DNA from: Eledone cirrhosa
Taxonomy: Eukaryota
Reading direction: 5' to 3'
Length of the DNA stretch: 64,000 nt
Assembly (NCBI GenBank): GCA_964016885.1
Contig: OZ024742.1
Location: 103,726,001 to 103,790,000, forward strand
Position 1 is the stretch's first letter. Each line of letters begins with the position of its first letter. Made by a program: the position numbers and the translations under genes. Positions 27,090 through 39,942 of this stretch are shown here, one piece after another. The notes under the pieces were generated by a model. That model searched no databases, was not told the origin of the DNA, and saw only the letters and a program-made list of their open reading frames with translations.

Positions 27090-27570
27090 CTGGAAAAAAT
27101 AATTAGTAAATATAGTTAATTAGAGCCTAAACAACTTATTTGCTATTATAATTGAGTGAGAGAGAGAGAGACAGTAGTATAGTTTAAAGGTGTAATGTTT
27201 GTAGGTTTTGAGTGATGCCATGCACATGTTAACAGAGGTATGATGTGTTTGTGCTGGTGCTGTGTATGTGTGTGTGTGTGTGTTGCACAGTATACTGTTA
27301 TGTGTACATGTATGTGGTATGGTGCATACATGTATGTGATATGGTGCATGCATGTAGATGTGGCCTTTTACATGCATGTAGATGTGGCCCGCAGAAAGAT
27401 TTTTACAGCATGAGCATGTTTTATCTTCGTAAAATTAGTTGTCGTGTGTGGTCCTCAGACAACACATATGGCCTCCAAGGGACCCTCAGTTTGACATGCC
27501 TGGACTAGTGTACTGTGTATATGTGTGTACATATGTGTATTTATGAATATTTGCATCTGGCAAAAGAATA

Positions 27571-27786
27571 TTAACCCTTTAGCCTTTCACATTACTCTAT
27601 ATTTACTATTGTATTTTTACAGTAAAGGCTTTATCTCACATAATATCGAATCTATGAGATTTTGATATCATTTATTTTGAAAACAATACCTTAACGTCAG
27701 TATGAGTGGCCGATTACGACCAGTTTGGACAGAAAGGGGTGAGAGAATTCTGGCCGGATATGGCCGGTTTAAATGCTAAAGGGTTT
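27571..27786. mobile_element. piggyBac-type MITE (~220 bp); copies at ~4098-4326, 24298-24526, 37988-38212, 52915-53120, 56628-57572, 61546-61752
   Basis: TTAA-CCCTTTAGC...GCTAAAGGG-TTAA family ends (TTAA target plus short TIRs; the right TTAA of this copy reads TTTTAA) and a conserved body. Confidence 0.85.
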
Positions 27787-27847
27787 TAAAAAAGCATGAA
27801 CTGTTACATAAAAGGAAGGTGAAATACATTTGACAAATATTCATTAC

Positions 27848-27913
27848 CTTTACAATATCCTATAAATTCTTCCTCCTTTTCATAATGGTCTCGATGTACC
27901 TTCACGTGACATC
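27848..27913 (-). CDS. ROCK: ROCK exon, C1 domain C-part
   Basis: ttttcag|...|gtaatg, 66 nt, phase 1->1. Encodes (R)CHVKVHRDHYEKEEEFIGYCK. Confidence 0.94.
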
Positions 27914-29652
27914 CTGAAAATAGCATTTAATCACATTTATTAATAAAATATTTTTACATTTACAGCAGGTTTCTTTTACCATAATGCAATATCTCCATCC
28001 CTGTATTCATATTATGTCATCTGCAACCCATAATTTTTAATGCTTCATCTACATCTTTAGTTCATCTCTGTTCCCATTCTATCTCTACTTCTTCATCTAT
28101 ATATTTAGTCTACCTCAACAACACAAGCCAACAAGACAACCTCTATGTGGTTACTTGACCTGCTAGGAATAGCAGCCAATTCTCCTTCAAATTGCATCAT
28201 ACTGCATTAGATAATGATTTAATTTTCTTTCTAATGCATTGTTTGGTTTTCAAAATTATTTAAATTTGTGTTTCATATTCTTCCTAATTTTAAAATTAAA
28301 AGAAAACCCCAACATAGTCATGACAAATTCTTTTGACCATAGGACAGCTTGATCAGAGTTGACCTAGAGTTAAACTACTACATGTGTAGTCTGCCTCATA
28401 TACATCTTTAGTTTACCTCTACCATTTATATGTCTATACTTAAATGTTAGCAAAGATGTCTCGCTTAGAAGTAAAGGCGCTGGGCTAACGATCATAAGGT
28501 CACAAGTTCGATTCAATGGCAAGGCACCACATTGTATCCTTGAGCAAGACAATTTATTCCACACTGCTTCACTGGAAAAAATGAGTTACAGCAGTACTGG
28601 TGTCAAACTGTATTGGTTTCTGCCTTTCCTTTGGACAACATTGGTAGCTTAGAGAGGGGGAACATGCATGCATGAATACTGGTCTTCCTCAAAAACATCT
28701 TGCCCAGCCTTGTGCTTCAGAGGGGTGCATTCCTGATGCAGACCCATGGATAGTCACGATCAGCAGGAGTCTTTTACTCTTTCACCTACATACGTCCATA
28801 GAAATACAAACAACAACAATGATGCTGATGATGATAATAGTGATAATGATGATTACTAATTATAAGAGTATAACTTCATTTAAAACTCAACAACTGAATC
28901 GCTAACAAAGTTGAACCAGTTAGGAATCAAATATAGCACATGAAACTATTTCTGATGAAAAGGCAGAAGAGAGAAAAATGAAAGAGCAAAAAGAAAAGAA
29001 AGGAAGAACTAGTGAGTGAGAGAAAATGGGGGTTATCTTGATACATATTCTGAAAAAATAACACCAAGCCTTTCTATAACTCTTAATATCCTGTACTGCA
29101 TAAAACTACATTAGCATGTCATTCTTGAAAATTACAAAACAGCAGCCTGACTGAATCCCATTAATGAATTGGGAGTTTTTACTTTAAAACTGTAAATTGT
29201 CGCAACAAACATTTGAATTAACCTATTTCTAATAAACTTGTTTTTAGTAAACCTATTTTTAGATCTGTTCTCCAAAATCATCACAGGATGTTAAGAATTA
29301 ATTTACAACCTTATATATAATTTACAAGGCTACTTGTGCAAAAAATGGTAAGAAAGCAAATACCAACCTGCCCAAAACTGCCTGTTTCATAATTCTATGA
29401 AACAAAATCCCCTATTTTGAAGGATTCTCATCTAAATTGCATCTTCCAACATAATTTAATATAAAAACCTTTTAAGTTATATCAGAAATACCATCTCAAT
29501 AATGAAATGGATAATAATTTTAGTAATTCCATCTAAATTCTTCATTAATTTATCTAGATGCAATGTATTTCATCAGAGATACTGTAACAAAAGGGTTAAA
29601 AAATAAGATGTGAAGATGAGGTTGAGGTGGTAGTTAGCTAATATGAACTTAC

Positions 29653-29782
29653 GCTTGCATTCTAAAGCTGCAGGAGGATGTATCACATGCCAAACAGGCT
29701 TGTTACAAGCATCACAGGTTGCAGGGATACGGTAATGAATTGGAATTAGGTCATGTCCTTTGTATGTTAAACCCGTTCGATC
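29653..29782 (-). CDS. ROCK: ROCK exon, C1 domain N-part
   Basis: ttttccacag|...|gtaagt, 130 nt, phase 0->1. Encodes DRTGLTYKGHDLIPIHYRIPATCDACNKPVWHVIHPPAALECK. Confidence 0.96.
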
Positions 29783-30895
29783 CTGTGGAAAATAAATAAG
29801 AGATTATATTGGGTATAGTAGTAGAAATCATAACACGGTGAACTAATTACCTCCCAGTAGTTATGTCTGCCAATAACTGGAGTTCAAACTGTGTCAACAT
29901 AAATTTTGCTTTCCCCCACTTTAGGTTTGATTAAATATGTGCCAGTAATACACAGATAATTCATTCAATTATACTGTTTTCCCATAAATTTGTGCCAATA
30001 TAAGAAATCCTTATTGTTAAAAACCCTTTTCATACCAAACCACCTGAAACCACCCTGGTTCTATGATATAAAGCTGTTTGTGTTTATATTTATTTAAAAA
30101 CCTTCCAACATAATTTCTTCATGTAAGAATCTTTGGTAAGTTATGCTGCAAATCAACTTAATTAGAAAGTTATGTTTCTAAAACCTTCCAAATTCTTGAT
30201 AAATTTCAAACTGTTTTTAAAATAACAGCTAGTCTTTCATAAGAAATATGGTAATGAAAGGTTTAATACTGATGGAGTTCACTTAATCTTTCATTCCTCT
30301 AGGATCTGAAATTGATCCAATCAATTTATGACTGAGCCAAAGTTAGAAATCATTATTATTGCTGGCCTTGTGTTAAAAGTAGAAACAATTATTATTATTA
30401 TCATCATCATTACTGAGGTAGAAAGATCTTCTTGGCTCTCAAAAATTTCTTGGAATTTAATGAAATGAAAACAATTGTACATAAAAGAAAAACCAACTGT
30501 TTCCAAAACAGAATTGGAGATCAACAACAATAACAATGGCAACAACAATGTGCAAGCCAGCAAACCAACCAAAAATGCCAGCACTAGTGATAAGATATCA
30601 TTCGCTAGTGCTATGAAATCCTGCTTCCAAAGAGTAACTTATTCTAAGGAAGAAGTACAACAGATTTGGCAGCTGGTAGAAAGGGAAAAGGTTAGCCCTA
30701 TTGTCAGCCGCAACACCCCTCTCGACACTATGGAATATTTCATAATTTTAATAAATCCCTTCCAAATTCTTCATAAATTAATTGAAATAGAGTATATTTC
30801 ATAAGAAATATGGTTACAGAAGGATTAAAACAAAGAACACATAATATAGTCAGTCCTAGACATCCCTACAACAAACAAAAACAATAGCAACTGAC

Positions 30896-30955
30896 CTGAC
30901 TTTCTTGTGCAGTCTCGTCTGGTTTTCTATTTTCTCCTTCTGTTGCATAGAGAAT
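30896..30955 (-). CDS. ROCK: ROCK exon, PH to C1 linker
   Basis: tttcag|...|gtcagt, 60 nt, phase 0->0. ILYATEGENRKPDETAQESQ (cf. ILYANEGE). Confidence 0.93.
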
Positions 30956-31384
30956 CTGAAACAGAAAATATAAACCAATATAAAATCTTTACTCAACAAA
31001 TTTTAATCAAATTATATAGTGTTTGCAATAAAAAAAGAAAAGTGAGAGGAAGGAGAGGGGAATAGACTTCACACAAGATAGTTAAAACATTGACATGGAA
31101 AACAGCCAGTGATGCCTGCTACATCAGCTACTCAACCTCATGGGGTTCATGTGAAAGCTGAGCTTTTCCTCCCAAAATGCATGGTGCTACACTTGTCCAC
31201 AGCCAGCTAGATAAGCATGATAGGGTGTAGTGTAGTTTAGTGTAGCTCAGCATGGATTGGTACTGTGGAGTGTGATGACATTTGACAACATGTTACAATG
31301 CCAGTGCACCAGCATGGCCTCATCCCATCGATTGGAATAGGGAAAATATTAAAGTAGCTTTTAGAAAATGTAAGCAGTAATCAC

Positions 31385-31395
31385 CTGAAATATTC
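31385..31395 (-). CDS. ROCK: 3' end of a ROCK PH exon (..RIFQ); the rest lies in the N-gap
   Basis: GA ATA TTT CAG|gtgatt abuts the gap. The conserved KLFHVR..IPRIFQ segment was not found elsewhere between the flanking exons. Confidence 0.8.
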
Positions 31396-31595
31396 NNNNN
31401 NNNNNNNNNNNNNNNNNNNNNNNNNNNNNNNNNNNNNNNNNNNNNNNNNNNNNNNNNNNNNNNNNNNNNNNNNNNNNNNNNNNNNNNNNNNNNNNNNNNN
31501 NNNNNNNNNNNNNNNNNNNNNNNNNNNNNNNNNNNNNNNNNNNNNNNNNNNNNNNNNNNNNNNNNNNNNNNNNNNNNNNNNNNNNNNNNNNNNNN
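31396..31595. other. Assembly gap (200 N)
   Basis: Run of N. Confidence 1.
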
Positions 31596-31669
31596 ATAAA
31601 AGTACCTTACTCATAGAAAAAATATGCATGCTTTGAACATGTATGTATGTATGTATGTATGTATGTATG

Positions 31670-31731
<62 letters not shown>

Positions 31732-32417
31732 TGTATACATGAAGTGTAGAGGTATAAAGTCTCATTTTGATCAGTGGGTGATCTTCAGGTACTGCATTTC
31801 ACAATTAGAGGATAGAATAAAATGCTTTGGAGTATTTTATGTTCCAGCTATTTTTGTTCTGAGTTCAAATCCTGCCAAGGTAAACTTTGCCTTTCATCCT
31901 TAAGGGATTGATAAAATAACGTACAAGTAACACCCTGGGGTTAATTTAATTGATTTTCCCCCTCTCCCAAAATTGTTAGCTTTGTGCCTAAATCAGAAAC
32001 CATTACTATAATTATTATTAATGTCATAAATAGTGTATTTTATAACAATTTTATACTTATTTCATGTTTTATCAAATTAACTTGTCTATTGTAGATCATC
32101 CTTGCCCCTACCCTTGCGTTTATATAACTTTATCCACCCCACATATATTGTAACCCATATATTTATAATATTTACAGTAGTCTATGTGCAATCCCTTGCA
32201 GCTAATAAAGAATCATCATTACTGTTGTTTTTGTTGTGTTGTGAATTAGTAAAATTATTAGTGTTGGACAAAATACCTTACAGTATTTGTTCTGGTTCTC
32301 TATGTTCTAAGTTCAAATTCTGCTGCGGTCAACATTGCCTTTCATCCTTCCAGGGCTGATAAAACAAAATTTCAGCCAAGTACTGGGTTCAAGATATTCA
32401 ACTGTTCCACTCCCACA

Positions 32418-32463
<46 letters not shown>

Positions 32464-34109
32464 ACGCATGTGTGTGTGTATTATCATCATCCTTTTACGT
32501 CCACTTTTCCTTGCTTGCAAGGGTGGGATGGGTCCTCTTCAGCACAGTATCTCTCCATTTGTCACAGACCTTCATCATCTCCTCTATGAGCTTCAGCGAT
32601 CTGAGGTCAGCTCTCACCACCTCCACCCATATCTTTTGTGGTGTTCCTCTGTATCTTCCTTCCACCGGGATTTCTTGGCACTTCCTCACCCAGCGGTCAT
32701 CTTCCATACGCATCACATGGCCATACCAACGGAGTCTTCTCTCCTATATATATATATATATATATAATATTACGGATTGTGCAGTGGCAGACACTGTGTT
32801 GGAAAGAGTGTTATTGTCTCTGTTCTCTTCGAATTTCTGCTGAATGTTCCTGTTAAGAGAGGGGCTGAGCTGTCAACTGATCACCATCTAGTTATCTGTA
32901 ACATAGGACTACCTAAAGCCAAGAAAACCTACAAAACTGGCAGGTCCAGCTCAATCTACAGGATAAAGTAGGAAGAGCTGGTGGATAAGTCAGGAATAGG
33001 TTTATGGATATTATTACATCCAAATTCAGAGAATTCCCTGAGCAAACTGAAGATATTGAAACAGTGGATAAGAATGCCTCACACAATTTTATTCAAATTC
33101 TTTTGTTGTGAGTTTAAATCCTACTAAGTTACTGTTTGTCTTTCACCCTTACAAGATATGTACTGGTAGTATAATGGAAGGGGTGAGAGGTATTCAGCTA
33201 ATTATATCCTTCATTTACAAATTTGTGGTGTTGTACCAAAATCAAAGATCAGTATTGCTGTTTGCTATTGTTATTATAAGAATAAATTTTATTTTCAGAA
33301 AGTCTTCACATGTATCAAGGAAGATAGCATTGTCACAACTTCTCATTTTACCCTATAAACCTTAACATTCATGCCACTGCTGCCGCAACCACCACTATGT
33401 GTCTATTTCTCCTGCTAGCAAGGCGTGGTCATGTTGTAACAGACCAAGCCAGTACATAATCAAAGCCAGTGATTTCTCTGATGGACCAGAGGCCACATCT
33501 CATATACATTCCTGCACTCAACAGGTTGTGTAGTCGATTTTATCATGGCACCACCTCTAGAGAGGCCATCATGCCTTTGACACAATTGAAGAGTTCACTC
33601 TACCTTTTGTTTGCAAAGTTTTCTATGGCTGGATGCCCTTCCCATCATTAACCATGTTTACATATAAAATGATAGTGATAATGGTGGCATAATTGATGAT
33701 GATAATTGCTAACATAGACACACATCTCTAACTTCAGAGAAGGTTATAGTCAATTATTTCAAGAATGTATTATATTCTAAAACCAAAAGTTATATATAGT
33801 AGTGAGATATATAGACCAATATATTAATATTAAGCCCAGTGCACAACATATATTTGTATTTAGTTTCTGTATCAGGAAACTTTGTTTAAAATCTCCAAAT
33901 GAGCAAGGGTATCAAATAAGTTAACTTATTTCAGGTTAGGGGGTCTTTATAACACATTTAACTACTTTAACCCCTTCAATACCAACTTGCCCAAAACTGC
34001 TTCTACTTCTCCAAACAAAGCAACTATTTTACATTTAGAAGAGTGTGGGAATGTATGCAACTAAGATGTGTGTCCCCTCCTGCCCACCAGAGAAGTCAAT
34101 AACACTAAT

Positions 34110-34790
34110 TACCATACATACTTGTATATAAGCTGAGAAATATGACAAAAAAAAAATTGATGGTAAAATGTGGTGTCGGCTTATATTCCAAGTTAATACT
34201 TTTCAGATTTCCATCAACTTCAAATTCTACCTAAATGGGGTGCTAAAATATTTTCGCTTGAGGAATATTATACTTTGGAGGTGAAATTTGTTTTTCTTAT
34301 TGTTTTTTTTTAATGTTTTGAATGAATATGGCCATCAAAATGGTTGGAAATTGGTAAAAAAATCATTAAGTAATGGAGTTGTGAAACAAAAACTATATTC
34401 TAATCGAGACTAAAAACATTTTAAATATCAAAAGACTGGGTCATCCCATAAACAATTGAGTTTTTTTTTCAATTGCATGCAATAAAAGTTGGAGGGGCTG
34501 GGTATAAACATCTGCATAAACTTGCTATAAAAACAGATATTAAATTCACCGAATCCTCATTCTTAGTGGAAGCTTTGAAAAGTGCAGTTTATCGTAATTT
34601 TTAAAAATAAAAGGCGTATATAAAAAAATCATACATTATTTATGGGATGTCCACTCATGAGAATTTCAAAACCATACCATCTAAACATAATGTGTTGATT
34701 AGCTACCTCAGTTTATAATGGGGTTTAAATTTTTGCCCTTTTCTCACACATAAAGAGGTGGAGACAGCTTATATTCAAGTATATATGGTA
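34110..34790. mobile_element. TA-flanked Tc1/mariner-pogo-type MITE with a nested smaller MITE (~34434-34656); inverted relative at ~37490-37952
   Basis: TIRs taccatacatacttgtatataagctg / cagcttatattcaagtatatatggta. Inner TIRs catcccataaa / tttatgggatg. Confidence 0.7.
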
Positions 34791-35116
34791 AGTACTGACT
34801 GACAAGTTACACCCCATCCAACTTGCTAGAAGGGAAATCAGTTGTTAAATGATGATATATATGTGTGATTATATGTGCATATCATCACATTTTTATATAT
34901 AAAAACTTGTCATGTTTTCGGAGAGTTATAATATATATATATATATATAAGATACACAGAACATAGGCATGGGATTTCAGACTTATAGACAAGCAAGAAA
35001 AAAAAAGGTATATGCTTTGCCCCAAGATCATTACTGACTTAAACGCAACTTCATATAAGAATCAAACCCAGGTATTGGATTCAGTTTGCTAATAACATAG
35101 TGCTACACAGTGATAC

Positions 35117-35151
<35 letters not shown>

Positions 35152-36959
35152 ACAAATTATATTGATGTACACACTACATTGAAGGAAATTTACAGAGCAA
35201 ACTGTAGAAGTTTCTGGAAGCAATTCAAGAGAGCTGTCAGTAGGAACAAATGTCCTCTCTTAAATTGCTCACATCCTCTAGCAAGCCAAGACAAAGGTCA
35301 GACAATAAGTTCAAGGATACAAACTACAGTATTCTAATTGAGATAGCTCTGACCTTTGAAAGATGCTAAAGACAATTAGAGTGAAATAATAATTCAAACT
35401 GTTTGTTTGTTTTGATTTTTTTAAATATATATATTACAAAAAAAAACAAAAAAAAACTTGACTGTTTATATTTGGTGTAATGGTTTGGATAGTATGTATG
35501 GGGTTGTAGTGACACAGTGTGGCAGAGCCCATCTGCACTCAATAGAAGGAGGAGAGAGGAGGTGAGAAAGAGATGAGGAGGAAAAATCGATCTCCAGTAC
35601 TAGACTGGTACATTTTATCAACCTTGAAAGGATGAAAGGCAAAGTTGACTCCATCGATATTTGAACTTAGAGCACAGTAAGTTCAAAACAAATACTGCAA
35701 AGCATTCTATCCAATGTTCTAACAACTCAACCAATTCTCTGCCTGGGTTGGATTGGTCTACAATAAACTGGGCAGTTCATTACTGACAGAGTGTCTACAC
35801 AGTTACTTCTTTGTATGTTCTCTGTTTTGAACTACACAGAACATCTAATCAATGTGCTGAAACCCATCTTTTTCCGTTCCAATATTTTATACGCCCTATT
35901 ATTAGACTACATCATTTAGTAAAAAATATTACAGTCTAACTTCTATTTCTATTCTAAGATAGTATATATTTATGGAATTATAGTAGGGTCTCTCATGTGT
36001 TATACATTGAATTGAAAACTGAGATTATCTAAGCAATAAACAGACAAAATCTCCCCTTAGGAAGGTTTTAAAAAAATAAAAGAAATACAAGAAATACCAG
36101 TTGACTGAAATATTTAGATAATACAGTCAATGGAAAGTAGTGTCTTTCAGCCACATAATCAGCATCATTACATTTCCTCTATTTCTATGTACATTGATCA
36201 CTCATGGTCTTATTAACAGAGTAAAATATGTTTTGCTAAGCCCAAAATATGTCCATTGCTTTAACCAGTTCAGATAAAGTAGCAGTCTAGTACCAAGGTC
36301 GATTTTCCTACTATATCTCTTTCTTTCTTACTTCTTCTCTATCACTCTATTTCTCCTTCAGACTTGAGCTTTTCCAGGTTTAAAATGCCCAAGACATGCT
36401 GTAAATCACTACTTTGCCTAAACTACTCCATCAGGAGATATAGGTCCATACATATATGCATCTGGACCAAAATTTTTAAACACTGCTGGAGGGAGCTTTT
36501 GTTGACTAACTGCCTGGACAAAATTAGTTAATGTAGGGTTTTTCAACATACTATATTATATATTCCAGACACTACTGTAAGTGTATTTAGTGTGCAAAAT
36601 TTTCCCGAGGTATTTCGCTTTTAACAGGAAGAATGGTTGATGTATATATTTTAAAGGAGCATTTCATACTTAAATACTCCTGCGTCGAAGGTCAACATTT
36701 TAGCAGTATTATATAGATGTAGTAGTCCTATTATAATTACCAGTTTAGCAGAGTTATAGAAGTAGTGATGTAATAGTTATAACGCCATGAGTAACCAGTT
36801 TGGTAGAAAGTTATGATAGGAATATCGACAACGACTTTAGCATGTCTTACATTATTTATTAACAAAGGTAGAGCTGAGTAGCCAAAATGAATGAAACAAA
36901 CGAATTAAGATTTTCAGAAAGCACGGTCTACTGGCTGAAGTGTTACATATTGGCTAGTG

Positions 36960-37140
36960 ATTTCACGGCGAAAGAAAAATACTTGTTTACCTTAGCGCTG
37001 TCGGGCTGCAAGAGAGCGATCTTCCGAGCCGACGCGGGAATTTTTCCCTCAGGGCGCATAGAGATACATTCTCCTCCGCTGGCGGTCATTGACTGGGCTG
37101 AGCCAAATAACGCACGGAGAATGTATATGAGCCCGTAGAA
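36960..37140. promoter_or_regulatory. Intronic CpG-rich island, candidate internal promoter/enhancer or exon
   Basis: About 15 CpG in 180 bp against a CpG-poor background. No match to the window's TE families. Minus-strand donor AAG|GTAAAC at 36991/36990. Confidence 0.4.
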
Positions 37141-38501
37141 TGTAGGTCACTACACTCTCACCATAATCAATTATCAGTTAATATTAAACACATAAAATGC
37201 AACATGATTGAAAACAAAAATTATTCAACATCATGGATTAGACCCTCCTAACATCTGGAATTACAACTACTTTATTTGATATCACAGATATAAATATAGG
37301 ATTAGTTATGGAATATTGAGAATTAAGATTGGATTAATAATTGAATATCTTAGATTAAGTGTACATTAACCCTTTTGATACTAAACCAGCTGCAATCAGT
37401 TCTAGTTCTACAATATGAAACTGTTAATTTTAAAGCATTTATATTATCTAAAAACTTTTTTATAATTTTATGAAACTTTGTTGAGTTACCCTATATACTC
37501 GAATACAAACCATCTCACTGTTTTATGACTGAGAAATAGGCAAAAATCCAAGCCCCATTTATGTTTAGATGGTGTGGTTTTAAAATTTTCATGAATGGAG
37601 AATATATTTATGAAGTTTTAATATTTTCATATGTGAAATGTTTTAAGAGTCATCTAGAATATAGTTTGATTTACAACTCCATTACGTAATGATTTAGTAA
37701 TGATTTATTACCAATTTCCAACCGTTTTGAAGCCCATATTTATTCAAAACATATTAAAAACAATAGGAAATACAAATTGAAACCAGTGTAATATTCGCCT
37801 CCAAAGTGAAAACATTTTAGCCACTCATTTATATAGAATTTTGAAATTGATGAAAATCAGCAAAATATTGATCTCATATAAAAGCCCCTCCCCCAATTTT
37901 ACTATCAAATATTTTGTCACATATTTCTTGGTTTATATGAGTATATACAGTATGTTCCAAAGACTAGCTTAATAATGATTTCTAATTTAACCCTTTAGTA
38001 TTCACATTACTCTATATATACTATTGTATTTTTGTAGTAAACACTATCTTACATAATTATCTCACATAATATCGAATCTATGAGATTTTGATATTAATTA
38101 TTTTGAGAACAATACCTTAACATCAGTATAAGCGACCAGTTTCAACTGGTTTGAACAGAAAGAGGTGAGACATTTCTGGACGGATATGGCTGGTTTGAAT
38201 GCTAAAAGGTTAAGCTCCATGCCAGCAATTTAAGGGAAGGGATAAGTTGATTAAATTGACCCTGAAAACATTTGTTATTCTATTAAACCCCCTAAATATG
38301 GTAACCAGAAGATTAAAGATAAATTGGTTAATTATTATTGGTTTAATCATTTAATATCTGAGATTAATAGTAGTTTAATTACTCAGTATTTGGGATTAAG
38401 AATGGCTAAACTCAGTATTTACATTAATGGAGTATTGCCCATCGTGTCTAGTAAGATGGAATTATTAATTAAATGTTTGAAATAAAGAAAGGATTACTTA
38501 C

Positions 38502-38661
38502 TCAATATCTAAAACCATGACGGGATCAGAGTTCTGTTTATCATTCGGTGTGTTATAGAAAAGAATTTTTCTGCTACTCACAACAACAAACTGTTTCTTC
38601 CAAATCAATTTCTTGGAATTAGGTTTGTGTGGGATTGCCAACCGACCTTCCATAACATTGT
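38502..38661 (-). CDS. ROCK: ROCK exon, PH domain N-half
   Basis: aactttcag|...|gtaagt, 160 nt, phase 1->2. Encodes (D)NVMEGRLAIPHKPNSKKLIWKKQFVVVSSRKILFYNTPNDKQNSDPVMVLDI. Confidence 0.95.
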
Positions 38662-39134
38662 CTGAAAGTTAGGAAAGAGAAACATGCAATGAGAATATAT
38701 TGGATTAGAGAGAAAAACACAATATATACATACATAAGCACACTGCTATATACATACAAAGATAACAATCAGGGGAAGTTGAGATACCAGAAAGGTAGAA
38801 ATATATGTGATGGTCAGAAGGAGACATATAACATCATTTTATGCCAACTTTTCAAGTATGCATGGTTTAGACAGGTTGTCACTCCTACTCTCCTAGACAG
38901 ATCAGGATACTACATCATGCTCATCTGTTCCAAATGTTAGCATAGTTTCTATGGCTGAATGTTGTTCTTAACATCAACCACTTTACAGAGTGTACTGGGT
39001 CCAATCAGATAATATTACGACCCCTTTATGCATTTATGAGCACCTGAAATACAGGGTTAAATATATATGCTGATAAACAGTGAAAGAATAAGAATGATAG
39101 TTAATACTCATTCGTATCTTATTTTTCATTGTTT

Positions 39135-39930
39135 CATCATCATCATTTAACGTCTATCTTCCACGCTAGCATGGGTTAGACAGGAATTGTCCCACTTGAG
39201 GCAAGATTGGTTGGGTGACCGTGTCTTGCTCGTATAGGACTATCTAGTAGGTTTTCTACGGCTGGATGCCCTTCATAACACAAACCACGTTTACAGTGTG
39301 GACTGGGAGGTTTTTACCGTGTTACCTACATGGCCACATTACAGTGTGGACTGTATGTTTTTTTTTTTTGTCATGACACCTACACGACCTCAGTTTGGAG
39401 TGGATGTTGTGGTACCAACATAACTTTACAGAGAAAGGGTGGTGTTGATGGGAGTGGGGGGAATAGGGGGAGTGGGATGGAGTGTATATTTGGTTAAGAG
39501 GTGCCTACTGACTGTAGGTTTCACTTTGTATATAGGCGGGTCTTCTGTATTACTATGTGGTGCCAAAGATCTCGGTCCAGTGACATTGTCTTAGAGAGGT
39601 GCAAGTGTGTAAGGTCAGAATTTATCAAATCGTCCCAGGTTTTTGGGGGTCTATCTACTCCGTAACTTCCATCAATTTTGATCGCCCTGCACTTTTTTAT
39701 ACAGCTGTCGTCTTTCATGCGCATCACGTGACCGTACCAACGTAGTCTTCTCTCAAGTAAACAGCATCTGATCTCTCTTATTCCTAATTTCTCACTTAGT
39801 TCATTTATGTTTTGCCGTTCACGTATATTACTATTACACATCCAACGGAGCATGCATGCTTCGTTCCTTTCCAGTCTGCGCAGGTCCTCTGCACACAATG
39901 CCCATGTCTCACTGCCATGCAACATTGCTG
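39135..39930 (-). mobile_element. RTE LINE family B 3' fragment
   Basis: MLHGSETWALCAEDLRRLERNE..RRLRWYGHVMR, long 3'UTR, (GAT)n tail. Confidence 0.9.
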
Positions 39931-39942
39931 TTCATATATATA

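Noticed and set aside
30475-30804. 109-aa plus-strand ORF in a ROCK intron
   Set aside because: Non-ATG start, low-complexity N-run, ends in MITE sequence, no recognisable domain.
30891-30900. Tandem GTCAG donors giving an alternative splice
   Set aside because: Using the inner donor removes 5 nt and frameshifts the C1 domain. No support for its use.
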